Notes under the pieces: model-generated
What the model saw: the letters and a program-made list of their open reading frames with translations, nothing else
Databases searched by the model: none
What the model was told of the DNA's origin: nothing
From: Psammoneis japonica
Lineage: Eukaryota
NCBI GenBank assembly: GCA_008632985.1
Contig: QPGO01000012.1
Span: forward strand, 744,001 to 808,000
Direction of reading: 5' to 3'
DNA: 64,000 bases
In this document: positions 11,055 through 23,323 of the stretch, piece after piece
Layout of the letters: every line of letters starts with the position of its first letter
Numbering within the stretch: the stretch's first letter is position 1
Position numbers and translations under genes: made by a program

Positions 11055-13249
11055 CTTGTGTGTGGCAGGGGGATCCCTGAAGAAAAAACATTGCTGGACT
11101 TGTTGAAATGATGCTGCAACAACCCATGATGGCCCAAAATTTGTGCATTTGTGATCTTGGATCACTTCCACTCAACATCCTCACAAAGAAAAAATGTCTC
11201 TGGCACGGCCATCTGCTGGCTGAAAAATGCCTGCTCGTCAGCTCATTTTGGGGGCTTTGCCAGTGCACTGTTGTGCACAAAATAGATGTTTGCAGTCTGT
11301 CCAGCACACTTGACAAATCTGGCCAAAACTCCCAAATGCACAGACTCTTTCAGCACAAATTCTGTGCAAGATTCTTCAGTGCCAGCAGCTGGCTGGCAGA
11401 AACACCCCCCCCCCCCCCCAGCTGTTGGTGGGGCAAACATGCTGCTGCTTTGCATGTGCACGTTGCACTGTTGTGCTTGCCGAGCCAACGTGCACAAGAA
11501 GTTTGTGGGCAGTGCACATCTTGAGGCAAGGGGCAGAGATGACAGACCTGAAGAGGGGTTGAGCTGGGTTGTGCAGGTGGGAAAGAGGGCTGGTTTGGGG
11601 GGGGGGGGGTTGGCAAGATGGGGCTGCAGCTTGGTGGAGCAATGTGCAAGCTGGTCAGATGAAGATTTGGTGTCCATGAGAAGCCACTGCAAGATGGCTT
11701 TGCAGGCTCCAGTGCAGTGGCACAGTGGAGCAAGGCTGAAGCAGATTGAGACACTCTTCTTTGCACAGGAGCAACAGTTTGGGCACAGGTGCATGCAGTG
11801 TGAGCAGCTGGATGTTGAAAGGAAGATTTGGACACATGGGGCAAAGCAGGCTGGGTGGGGACAGGGTGATTTTGGTCAGCTTAAAGAGAAAGAGCAGGCA
11901 GTGGGCAAGGCATCTCAGTGCTCACAGATGGTCAATGGCAAACAGGACAAGGCAGATGCAGGCTTGGTTCACAGAAAGCACAAAGGTCAATCTGTGTTGG
12001 GTTTCATGATTCCCATTGAATTTCCACTTGGTGCTTGCATGGTGTGCCTCAGCCAAAGGGCCAAGATTGGGGATGGGCAGCAAGCTGGGAACTGGAGGGG
12101 GAGGAGGAGGTGTTTGGGGATGGGTGCTGTGTCAAGGGTCAGGCAGCATTTTGTCTTCATTGCAAGTTGCTGGCAACACTGCTGCATGCTGCAAGTTGCC
12201 AAAAAATTGCATGATTCATGCACACAAAGGTGGAGCTCATGATGGCTGCCATGACTGCATCAAACAGGCATGAAAAAGGCAGCCAATGAGCAGGTCAGAG
12301 GACACGGCAACATTGGCAACAACTTTTCACAGTTTTTGGCCACTGATCATTTCATTGCAATCATCAGCAGTGACTTCATTCTTTTCATCCAGATGCCACC
12401 CCACTTCTTGTCAGCAGCCGGCACACCTCAGACAAACAAGAGCGCTTGCTGGAAAATTTTTGCCGTGCAAGTCAGTCAGGAAGAAAAAAGAGTCAGAAGC
12501 CATGAGGGCCTGTGCAGGACAGAGAGATCACAACAATTCCATCAAAACAGCTTTTTGAATGCTTTTTGCTCACTGCACAGAACAGCCCTTTGGCCTTGGT
12601 GTTGCCTTGAAACTGACAACACCCAAACAGCTTGGGCTTCATGGCACCACCACTCCTGGGTGGGGCGGCTTTGTTGTCTGCTGGGGGCTGCTGCAGCACA
12701 ACTGGTGTGTTGCTCTTCATTGGCACAGCTTTTTTGTTGCACTCAGCTCACATGCTGTGCAATGTGCAGTGGTTCTTCAAGTTGAAACACACAGGGCAAT
12801 GCTTGCCCTGGTTCTCAACAATGTTTCTTTCATTGAAAAAGCTGAAAGTGCAAAGTGCTCTGTGTTGCAACTTGCACAGCACAGAAGTCTGGCAAGAGGG
12901 AGAGTGCATGGGGCAAATTTTTGTCTCTTGTTGTTGACTTTTTTGCTCTCATGTGGATTTCATTGAACACCGGAAGGGATCTGAGACAGGCTTTGGAGCA
13001 GATGATGTGCAGAGCTGCCACTGTGTGCTTTTTGTGTGGCATTGTGGTTGTGCTCAAGGGACACAGAGGAGAGTTGGATGAAGACAAAGCAGTGGAAAAC
13101 ACATTTTGCAAAAATGGCCAAATGGCCACAAAAACATTGTGCAGAAATGTGGTGTGCAATGTCATGTCACTGGACTGGAAATGAAAAATCACAAGATCTG
13201 AAAAGAGTGCCAGTTTGCTGTTGGTCATTGGAAGATCATCAAACAAGGG

Positions 13250-14900
13250 CAGAAATCAAGGTGTGGGGCTTTCTGTCATGCAGGCCCCACCCACACTCAC
13301 ACCCAGAATGGCAAGCTGATGGACAGGTGCAACCTGCAGCAAATTGCACCCTGTCGCCAGGAGGAGCACACACCTTGGTCTCCAAAGAGGTGCCCAACCC
13401 TTTTCCAAGGCTTCGCCAAACCCATGGAGGGCAACGACAATCTTGGATGAATGGATCACAGTCACTGCAGGGGTCTCTGGTTCCACAATCCAAGCCACAG
13501 CATGCAAGTCCAAAAGCAAACAAGATGTGCACAGGGATCAACTCCTGGCTTGTCTCCCACACGGTGCACCCAACTTGCAAATTCCTTGCTTGACATTGCC
13601 CAGTTGTCAGGCTTGCAATTGGGATGCCACAAATCCACAGCAAGATGAGTGCCTTTCAACAATGGTGGGGTCAAGAAAGCACAGGTCATGGCAAGGAGAA
13701 CCAAGAACCCGTGCTTCCACTCCAAGTCCTTGCAGTCAAAGAAGGGGAGGAAATTGTCTGGGTGACCCTTGCACTCAGCATGCATGGCTGGTGCAGAGCC
13801 TTTCCCCTCATCCCACTTGGCCTGAGCCGAGACTGAATGACATCACTCTCCCCAACACTTGGAAAATGGCTCTCCAGCCCAAGCTCTCATCTCAGCCTGA
13901 GAAGGGGGTCACACACCTTCCTGCCTGTGCATTCTGAAGGCCCAAGCATTGCAGTTGAGAGGCCATTTGATGGGCCATCTGCCACACCACTTCTTCACTT
14001 GCTTCCATTCCCCTCAAATGACCCACGAATGTTTTAATGTCACCCGCAATTGCCTGAAGCCGTGAACTCCATTTCATCACAAGCACTTTGTTCACCTGAA
14101 AATTTGGGTCACCTGGGAGGTTGCACACAACCTTGTCAATTCCCACTGCACTTGACAAGCAGAGAGGATCACCCCCAGCCACCTTGTCAGCCCAACAGTG
14201 CAGTGGCTGGACTGCCAAGTGTGGACCAGGGGCATTCCCACAAACAGACAAGTCTGCCATTCCAGCCCCAGCACTTCAGTGTTGGAGCCCAAGAGAGGTG
14301 CTGGCAAATGTGACTTGAGAGGGGTTAAATCAACATCCACACACAGACAAATCTTTGGGTCCATGAAGAAGTTAAGAAACATGATGTCCCCCAAATCAAG
14401 GTCCACCAAGTGGGTGGCTTCCCTGTCATGCACCCCAAAACAGATGCTGGAGCAGGCAAGAAAAATGAGTGGAGCTGCAAGGCATTGTCAATGAGGCATG
14501 ACACCATTCCACTGCAAACCACTCAAACATCCTTGAGGCTCCATGCAGACAGCCTTGGGTGCCCAAAAACAGTTGGCAAGACTGAGTGCACACCCACGTT
14601 GGATGTCTTCTCCCTGCTTTCAAACCTTGTGGACCTCATTGGCTGTCCTTTGAATTTCCCCTGTTGTTCCATGGATCCTCTGACACCTGTGATTCTGTGG
14701 AAGTGCACCTTTGACAAAAATGGGGATCCCATCCCAAGCTGCACACCTCTTGGGCATGGAGGGCCAATGCCAGAACAACAACAAGGAGCCGCTGTGCCAG
14801 CCCCACCAAGAACTGCATTCTTGAGCTGCCACCTGGCCAAGGTTGCACAAAAGCAGATTTGTTTCTCTTTGTCTGGCTTCTTGACTTCACCCTCACAAAC
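13250..14900 (-). mobile_element. Relic RT-RNase H of a DIRS/Ngaro-like (tyrosine-recombinase class) retrotransposon
   Basis: Fragments in order: DLDLGDIMFLNFFMDPKI..VDLT; NLPGDP..VMKW..IAGDIKTFVGHLR (eroded FVDD); SQLQCLGLQNA; KDLEWKHGFLVLLAMT..LKGTHLAVDLW; HGFGEA (from YGFGDA, RNase H); multiple frameshifts. Confidence 0.65.
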
Positions 14901-17471
14901 ACAAGCCTCTTAACTTTTTTGCCCTGCTTCTGCTGCTGCTCATCTTGTGCTGGTGTGTGCTGGAGATCATTTCCAGCCACCTCACACATGCTGTGGGGGC
15001 AGGGTTTGCTCTGTTTTTATCTTTCATTTTTTTGTTGCTCTTGCTGCTTGCTGCTCCAATGTGCGCAGAGCCACTTTCTGTTGTTGCTGCTCTTTTGCTG
15101 TTCTTTTGGTGTTTCTGTGAAGCACTGTGCTGGAAGCTCTGCACAAACAAAATTGAAAAGATGATTTTCCAGCAGAGAGGTCATGGAGAGCACCACACTT
15201 GCTCTCATTTGACAGAAGCACCGCATGGCAGCAGAGAGGCACCTTTGGCAAACTCCAACACTTTCATGTGCTTCAAGACCATGGCAGCTGTTGAAACAGC
15301 TCTTTGTGAGGCAGCTCTCAACAGCAACTAGACCACACACCCAAAGTGGTGTTGAGAACACTTTGCAGGGTGCTTCTTGGCCATGGACAACCTCACAATT
15401 TTTGGCTGGCCAGCTGGGGTGGGGCAACAGGCCTGAGCTCTTGCCTGGCTGCTTTGCAGAGCATCTCAGCTGTTTGCTTTTGGCACCCAAAGCAGTCCTG
15501 CAATTTTCCTTTTTGGCATGTTGTTCATCCCCTTCCCTTGCTTCTTCAAGCAGCAGCATGCAAAGCTTTTTGTGAGAGCTCTGGAGCGGGGTGCTGCCCT
15601 GGCTTCTTGCTCTGCCTCCTGCAGCCATCAGCCATCAGCGCTGCAGAGCTGGACACTCTGCCTCTGCTCTCAAACTCCTTTTGTGTGCACCACATTTTGA
15701 TTCTCAAATTGTTCTTTGTCCTTGAGTGCAGCTGCCTTTGGTGTTGGGTGCTTGTGGAGTCATCAGCTCACCCCACTTTAAAACCTGCTTGCTTTTGCCT
15801 GCTGACTCGCTCTCTTGCTTGATGGAGTCAAGTCAATCAAAATCCACTGCCCACACTGCTGTGACCTTGCAGGGCACGATGGAGTGACAGGGAAATTGGC
15901 CAAACCAGCCCATTCTGACAAGATTGACACTCAACTGCATGACCCATTGCTTCATTGATGAATGTGAAGTGCAAATCCTCACACAAGCCGCTGCAGACAA
16001 AGTGTGTGGTCCTTCAAAAAAATTCTCAAAGTCAGAAGAAAGCACAGCACCCATGCCAGCAGAGGCACCAAAAAGAGACCAAATTGAAGGTTCAGTTGAT
16101 GTTCTTGCAATCCCATCACAAAAGCAAAATGCAGCAACGATGCTGTGCCAATCAAAAGAAAAACATCTGGTCACTGCCTTTGGGTGCAAATGAACAATGC
16201 ATGCTCAGTTCATCAATTGCAACATTGTGAACATGTGGCTGCAGTGGATGCACTCATCTGTCATCCTGTCCTCCACACCACCACTGAAAGCATGTGCAAA
16301 TGCATCATCCTTGCCAGAAGCCTGCTCTCCTCCTTCTCCTTCTTTGGCCACTTCACTTCTTTTTTGTTTTCCAGTCACATGTGCAGTTGGTCTAGATTCT
16401 GGATGCAACAACGTGCTGTGTGGACCACATTTGTGTGTTGTCTCACCTGCACCTTTGTTGCAGTTGGTGGCAGTGGGCTTCAAAAAACTCTTCTTCGACT
16501 CTGCTCCACTTTTCACTGTTGTGGTTGACTGGCTCACTCTGTTGCTCTGTGTCCAAAGGCTCGACTCCACGGGATCTTTTTGTTTTGATCTCTTGCTTTT
16601 TTTTGAAACAGCGCGAGGCTCACTTCATCAAGCAAGCAACACAGCTGTTGCGCGCACCAACAGTTTTGCACTCAAGGTGAATGCTGCAGCTGAGTGCACA
16701 CATTTCCAGCACATGCTGACAATGATGACAGCACCCGCTCTGGGGGCAACACAGGATCGTGCTTGTTGTTCCCGGTGCACACCGACAATGCTGTCAGCAG
16801 TGCCGCTCTTCCCAGAAATGGCAGAGATTGCAGTTTGCCACAAAAATGCTCCAAGCCCTTGTTTTTCTGCACAGTGGTGGCCAGCGATTGGCGCAAAACA
16901 AAAAAGAAGTGACAAGCAAAGGAGGAGTGTGGCAAGAGCTGAGCAGCTTTGGAGCGCGATGCTGGCCCACCAGTTTTCCAGAACTGCTGACCCTAGAAAA
17001 CACTTAAGTGCCGGCAGTCTCCAGCAGTCAGTGAAAATTAGACCATTTCCATGCCTGGTTGTGCGTGGCATTTTTGGCGGGAAAACCAATCACATCTCCT
17101 CGTTTCTGAATGATTTGATTTCAGTCTGAAAGTCGTTGAGCTCAAGCGCTTATTGAGCAACAGAATGACTTATTCATATTGCCTTCCACTTGTATTAACA
17201 ATTTACATTGACGTAAGTTGTTAAATAAAAATTGATATATATATATAATAAATTGTGGCTACAGAATAAAAGAAGGTTTCCTATTTATCTTTAAAATTAG
17301 AATTCTTTGACAAGGCCCAACAATGTTTCATTCTTTCGAATTTTTGCTGAAGCCGCGTTTTCAAGTTGCACTTTCTCATTCGTTCTTCGCAAGCGATAAA
17401 AGGAGTTCTTTTTTGGACAACAACAACAGGTACTATTATTGTCTTGCAAACCTCGCTTTTGATTCGTAGCC

Positions 17472-19898
17472 ATGAGAAGCAAAGTTCCTTCGAGCTCATT
17501 GCTCGTGGCTGCGAGCATTTTGCTCCTCTGGAAGTCCATCTGGTTCGTGCAAGCGTCGCAAGATGAGGAAAAGCAGACCAACGGAATGCTTCGCAACATC
17601 TACGACGAATACATATCAACGAAGGGCGTTGAGCCAGAAGCCGACCAATCTTCCGTATCAACTCCGTTACTAGACGCATTTTTGTGGAATAAAGACAAGA
17701 GTGCTATATTGGTGGAAGTCACACCAGCCGCAGACGACGAAGGCGCTGAGGAACTCCTAAAGACAGCTTTCGATGCCGTCGATTTCGACGTCACCGGATG
17801 CAGTAAGCACCGATGCTGCGGATACCTGCCAATCGAGAAACTTTCTGATTTTGAGGCTCGAGATGAGGTCAGAGCTATTCGTCCGTCTGTTTCTGTGTCA
17901 GAACAGGCAGGTTCGGTTGTGAGTGAGGCACTACAGGCTCTTCGAATCGATCTTGTGCGTCAAGCAGATGCAAGTTTGACGGGGGCTGGTTTGAAGATTG
18001 GAATCCTATCAGACAGCTTCAATACTCTAGGGGGGCTTTCGGATGATCAGGATACTGGAGATTTGCCTCTAGTAGGTGTCACAATCATCAAAGAGCTGTC
18101 GAGACTTGGGAGTGATGAAGGGCGAGCCATGGCGCAACTAGTCCACGACCTAATCCCAGGTTCGGAAATTTTGTTTTATACGGCGTTTGAAGGAGCGGAC
18201 GATTTTGCGAGCGGAATCACGGCGCTGGCTAACGCTGGATGCAATGTCATTGTTGATGACGTAGGTGAGTCTTGGTGTGGCCGGCAACGTGACGTGCATG
18301 ACACCTGTGCGGAGATTCGTTTTCACAGCTTTCTCGTCCAACTCTACTCCATGGTTGTCAGTTAACTTACTTGAGCCATTTTTCCAGGACGGCGTAATTG
18401 CACAGTCGGCAAATGATGTGGCAGAGGGAAGAGGTGTCCCTTACTTTTCATCCGTCGGGAACGCTGGAAAATTCTCCTGGGAAGGAACATTTTCTGGCTC
18501 CGGAATTTTTGACACCAACGGATGCGAAATTCATGAATTCAGTCCTGGCGTGACTCGCCAAACAGTCGAGATTGGTCCTGGTACATCACGATTCAGCATT
18601 CAGTGGGAAGATCCGTTCTTCTCTGTAAGTGGCTCCCCTGGTGCATCGAGAGACATGGATGTCCGCATTTACAATTCAGACTCAGGAACTTTGATAACCC
18701 AAGACACTTCAATTGAAATCGGAAACGATCCAGCCATCTTACTTGTTGTGTTTAATTCCTTTATCATCACCAACATTGAAGTGGAACTTGAATTTTCTTT
18801 ATGCACCACCGTCACCACTCCTCCCCGAATGAAATGGATTGGCTTTTCCAACATCGTCGACATTGTTGATTTCGACACTCAGTCGTCCACTTCTTTTGGC
18901 CACAAGAACCAGAGATTCACTGCTGCTGTCGGTGCATCCTTTTTTCAAGAAACACCAGCCTTTGGGACAGACCCTCCTCTCTTGGAGTCGTTTTCTAGTC
19001 GCGGTGGTACGCCAGTTCTATTTGAGAGAGATGGATCAAGAAAATCGACAGACGAAATTAGGAATCAACCTCGCTTTGTCGCGCCTGATCGTTGTATCAA
19101 CACTTTCTTCGGAAGCTTCACTTCCTATTCGCCTAATGGCTTTGGTTACTACTTTGGTGGTAAGTTCATCTGTGTTCTATCCAGTTTACAGCTTCTTTCT
19201 CTAACGCGATGCCGACTAATAATTTTGTTTACCCTCTAGGAACCTCGGCTGCTGCGCCAAACGCAGCAGCAGTGGCTATTCTGTTACTTCAGGTCAACCC
19301 AACGTTGACGCCAGCTCAGATATACTCTATTTTGGAGAACACTGCAATCGACATGGATGTTTCTGGCTTTGACTTTGACTCTGGTTACGGCCTGATTGAC
19401 GGAGAGGCCGCCGTTAACGCCGCAATAGCGCAAGCAGGCACTATGCAACCTTCAACCTCTCCTTCGATCACCCCTAGCCCTCTTCCATCTGCAAGCCCGA
19501 GTGATTTACCGTCAGTGAGTCCAAGTAGCTTTCCTACTTCCTCGCCAACCGATGGGATTCCTATACTTCCGCCTGTGGCTTTGCCAACAGCGCTTCCTTC
19601 GTTTGAGCCCAGCATCGTTCCGTCCAGTGCACCTTCCTACACACCATCGTTTCGCAAATTTCCCGACGACCCACCTACTCCTCGACCCACGCGACGATGG
19701 GTTTGGGGACCGCCCCCAGCAAGGCCTCTAAAGCCTTCCCCTACCAACTGGGGACCCTCTCGTCGTCCAACGAAGGGCAATCCCACCAAAAAGGGTCCAT
19801 GGTGGCTTCGTCCAAACAACAAGGGGTACCGCCGTCGTCGCTACAAAAAAGGACGAAAAACTCGTCGCAAGGGCGGCAGACGATACTATACGGGCTAA
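17472..19898 (+). CDS. Secreted subtilisin-like (S8/S53) serine protease with Pro/Ser linker and basic tail; 3 exons
   Basis: Signal peptide; KIGILSDSF, DEGRAM, SVGN and GTSAAAP motifs; GT-AG introns 18265..18361 and 19160..19239 restore VDDVVNLLEPFFQDG and FGGTSAAAP. Confidence 0.88.
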
Positions 19899-20352
19899 GG
19901 ATGAATTCATGTTCGTATAGAGTACTTCTAGCAAAAGAACTTCCTGCGGTGCTGCTGCTTTGTGTGGAGATTCTTTTGAAAATTTGAGTACTTGCGCGCT
20001 CTTCTGTATACATGACGTGGTTCTCTAGGGATTGATGCATTATTCAAGGTTGCCTCTGGATTGCGTGTTACCTGGCTTGTTTATTTGTTCCCATTTAAGT
20101 TAGCGAAAAAAGTTTGTGATTTTTGTTCGATCGTGAATCTCACCATGTTAGTTTTGTAGCAGGATTTCCACCCAATAGACTATTACTTCTCGTTCAAGGC
20201 TTCAGAATATCCGAGGTGAATGGGGTCGATAAACAATCCAAACATCATTTTGGAAGCAGAAGCCAAAATTGATAATTTTTGTTGTTTATTGAGGGACCAC
20301 AACACCTTGGCTAATTTGCTTTCAAAACAAATGCTATCCCGTTTTCTTGATC

Positions 20353-20825
20353 TCATTCGCAGATTCTCTTGACAAGCATCATAGCACCATACCAGCAGCT
20401 GCCGCAGAAACACATCCAACATTATTTACCATGGCATACGATAAAGCTTTCTTGACTTGTCCTCCAGCAATCTAAGTTCCAACATCCACAGAATAAGTGC
20501 TAAACGTGGTGAAAGATCAACAGAATCCAATTCCCAACATGAGTTTTGCTCGAGGCGTCAATCCAGCTGGCATCACTTTCGATAAGGCCGTTGTGCTTAT
20601 TTGCTGACCTGTTGTTGGCTGTACAACGGGCGAACCGGCAACCGCACCCAAACAAAAGCTCCCCAATATATTAATTCCGGCTGCATGCCAACCCGAATAC
20701 ACTCCCCACCGTTTTGGATTGCTGGCGATGAGGTCGGCAGCATACCGGCCTACTTGATGCCGACAGAGTGCACCGAATACAGCACCTGCACCAATGGTTG
20801 CAGCATCAGAAACAAACGGAATCAT
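20353..20825 (-). pseudogene. crcB: Fluoride exporter (Fluc/CrcB/FEX) pseudogene
   Basis: GAVFGALCR, INILGSF and GFC*SFTTFSTYS motifs; TGA at 20517..20519 replaces the conserved Gly; second stop TAG at 20472..20474; small indel near the C-terminus. Confidence 0.85.
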
Positions 20826-21353
20826 TGTGTGTAGCTACTGACTGCAAGGACTGCTGTTGGAGAGATGAGAGGAAACGGCGGTTGTTGGAAGTTGGAAGAA
20901 AATGAAGACGCGATACATTGGACACGAAGAAGAAAAAAACGAACCGATTGAATGCTGGAACACTAACGAAAATGTCGCCAAAACGGAAAACTGGGACATT
21001 TTGTATTATCTTACGACAATCAAATACATTCCATCGATATGTATGGTAAAATAAATGACTCCCATAAACAATCATTTATCGCCACATAAAGTGAGACATT
21101 TTTATCAATGTCGCCAAAATCGCCAATGGCCCTTAAGTAACTATTTTATGCTATATATCGTGCGATACGTTTATATAATTTTTAGCGAAGGAAGACACAT
21201 GCAGACAACGTGAGACAAAGTGAGACAAAGTGAGACAAACATGATTTTTATTCAGATTAATATATTATATATATTTAAAGCATCCATAAATAATGATAAT
21301 AAGCGGGGCGACCATGACTCTCTACAGTACTACTGGTAGTAGTAGCTCGCGCG

Positions 21354-22277
21354 CTACACCACCGAAAAGATTGGTGCACCGTTGTCCATTTGACACTGGA
21401 CAATGACCGCCAGAGCTTCAAAAGCCCACTTGAATTTGTTGAATCTGTCATCTCTACTGGTCGGTTCCGTGCGTAAAAGTATTTCCAAGAATGCCAAAGA
21501 ACTTCATTCGTCCGTTGAATGTCTCGTGTCGCAGACGCGCGCGGCTCTTAAAGTTTGCGAGCACTTCGTCGTCAAGGTGATTGGGAAGTGACAACATGCG
21601 TTGTTCATTGGGAACGTCGGAAGTGCATCCTCTGTCGGCAACAACAAGCTTTCCCTCTGGGATCTCAGCTATTTTCTCTCTGAATGCAACCATGTCATGT
21701 TTGCCTCCTCGATGCGGCCCATTGAGCCAGCAGCACTGTGCACGCCATGTGGACAGACCGACATCACACTTCAAGGCCGCCGTGTCAATCTTGTGAGAAC
21801 AGTCTCACTTGTCTTGATTCAGGGTGGGATGTTTTCGCTCCCACATTAGGAAATCTGATCTGTCAACTGTGCACGCAAAAATGACATCACCATCAAGTGC
21901 CGGATCGAGTGCAATTTTTTTGCCCTTCAATGCCGCAATCTTTCTCACCCATTTGCACACATGCTCACCTTGTGCGTGGACTCTGCAAACTTTGAAGGCC
22001 TTTGCAAATACAGCTGCATTCTTGGGGCAAACAAACAGAAAACAGTGAGCCATGAAGAATCGTCTCAAGCCCTTTGCAGTGTTTTCTTTTGCGCTGACAG
22101 GTTCGCCTCTTGGATTCGTGTGGTTTGAAGATCATGCCACATGTTTGCAAGATCGACAGCGCTCGAGCCATAATTTTTGCGGAACTCCAAATTCCAGTGA
22201 TCTTCAGACCATCTGCAATTGTCCATAGAAAGAAATCTCATTCCCAGCTCAAGAATGTCGTTTGGGGATGGCATCAT
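21354..22277 (-). pseudogene. DDE_Tnp_4-like (PIF/Harbinger/IS5-like) transposase, degraded
   Basis: Motifs TVDRSDF, SHK..AALKCDV, WLNGPHRGGKHD, VADRGC (from ADRGY), RARLRHETFNGRMKFF, VQCQMDNG; internal stops and frameshifts. Confidence 0.85.
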
Positions 22278-22469
22278 CTTTGTCACCAGAGCATTTTGTG
22301 AGAGACGAGAGGCGAGAAAAACAACACCTTCCATTGACATCTGCGAGCGCAATGGTGGAGCACATGATGTGCATTTCCATTGCATTGCAGAAAAAGCCCT
22401 AAAGTGATCATTTGTTGACCGCAACCGTGGAGCAACAACATCTAAAACAATCGCCAGTCAAATCAGGTG

Positions 22470-22729
22470 TGGCTGGCAACGAGCATTGTGTGATGCGCTC
22501 CAACGGACAGTCTCGGACTTCAGTGCAACCGCAAAATTTTCGAAGTTGACAACCAACACAACCTGAACAAGTCAGAGCGATCCTTCAACAGTGGTCCATT
22601 TTCTTCAGTGTCAGCATGGCTGGCAACGAGCATTGCACCATGCGCTCCAACGGAAAGTCTCGGATTTTAGCGCAACAGCGAAATTTTCGAAGTTGACAAC
22701 CAACACGACCAGAACAGTCAGAGCGATCC
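22470..22729 (+). repeat. Two direct copies of a ~113-bp unit between divergent TE ORFs
   Basis: TGGCTGGCAACGAGCATTG...AAATTTTCGAAGTTGACAACCAACAC...GTCAGAGCGATCC at 22470..22583 and 22617..22729. Confidence 0.85.
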
Positions 22730-22739
22730 CACAATTTCA

Positions 22740-23204
22740 ATGGCGCTCCATTTTCACATGGATCAGAGGAAGAAACGGCGGGCCATGGAGACGACGATAA
22801 AGGGAGAAGAAGTCAAACTCAAAACTGCCAGCACCCTAGGAAAAAGGGGGCACACAAAAGCATGGATGAAAATTTGTGATGATCACCCCCCCAAGAGCTG
22901 TCGTGTTGTCGTCCTTGATTCCGACACTGGAGGTGAGTGTGAAACGCTTGTTTGCCGGGGATCAGTGATTGGGACAGATGATCGTCCGCCCACTTCATTC
23001 GTGCAAGCGGCTTTCCTTGAACACCCCGATCTTCAGGAAAAAATTGAGAGCGTGTGCAAGGCCATTGCTCAGTTGGAGCTTCAAGATGAAGACATGGAAG
23101 AAATGCAGGTCATTTTCCAGCAGATGTTGGTGAAGGAGTGTCAGAAGCAAGCTGCAAAGAACAAAAAGATGATTCGCTCTGTCTCAAGTTTCCGACGTTC
23201 TTGA
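22740..23204 (+). pseudogene. Transposon accessory ORF A, unknown function
   Basis: 154-aa protein-like ORF (PPTSFVQAAFLEHPDLQEKIE...) inside the TIRs; contains no Tyr. Confidence 0.5.
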
Positions 23205-23323
23205 GTGCCACCCACCGCAACCTCGGCACAGTCCTCATGGCGGCATCGGCTGCACTGTAGTGCCGACACCACCAGCCATCAATGCACTGCTAGAAATTGA
23301 TGTGCACGTCAGATGCTGCCATT

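Larger units (their letters stand above)
8300..17100. mobile_element. Large composite TE graveyard, heavily TpA/CpG-depleted
   Basis: Long TG/CA-rich tract with almost no TpA; contains a retroelement RT/RNase H relic, a foldback repeat and a younger MITE insertion; boundaries approximate. Confidence 0.7.

Noticed and set aside
1482..17129. Dozens of overlapping Cys/His-rich ORFs in converted tracts (e.g. 11286..12242, 16197..17129; also 59456..60838) as metal-binding proteins
   Set aside because: They occur in all six frames, lack Tyr and follow from TAA/TAG loss in TG/CA-rich DNA
20517..20519. Selenocysteine or readthrough TGA in Fluc
   Set aside because: It replaces a conserved Gly and is accompanied by a second stop and an indel
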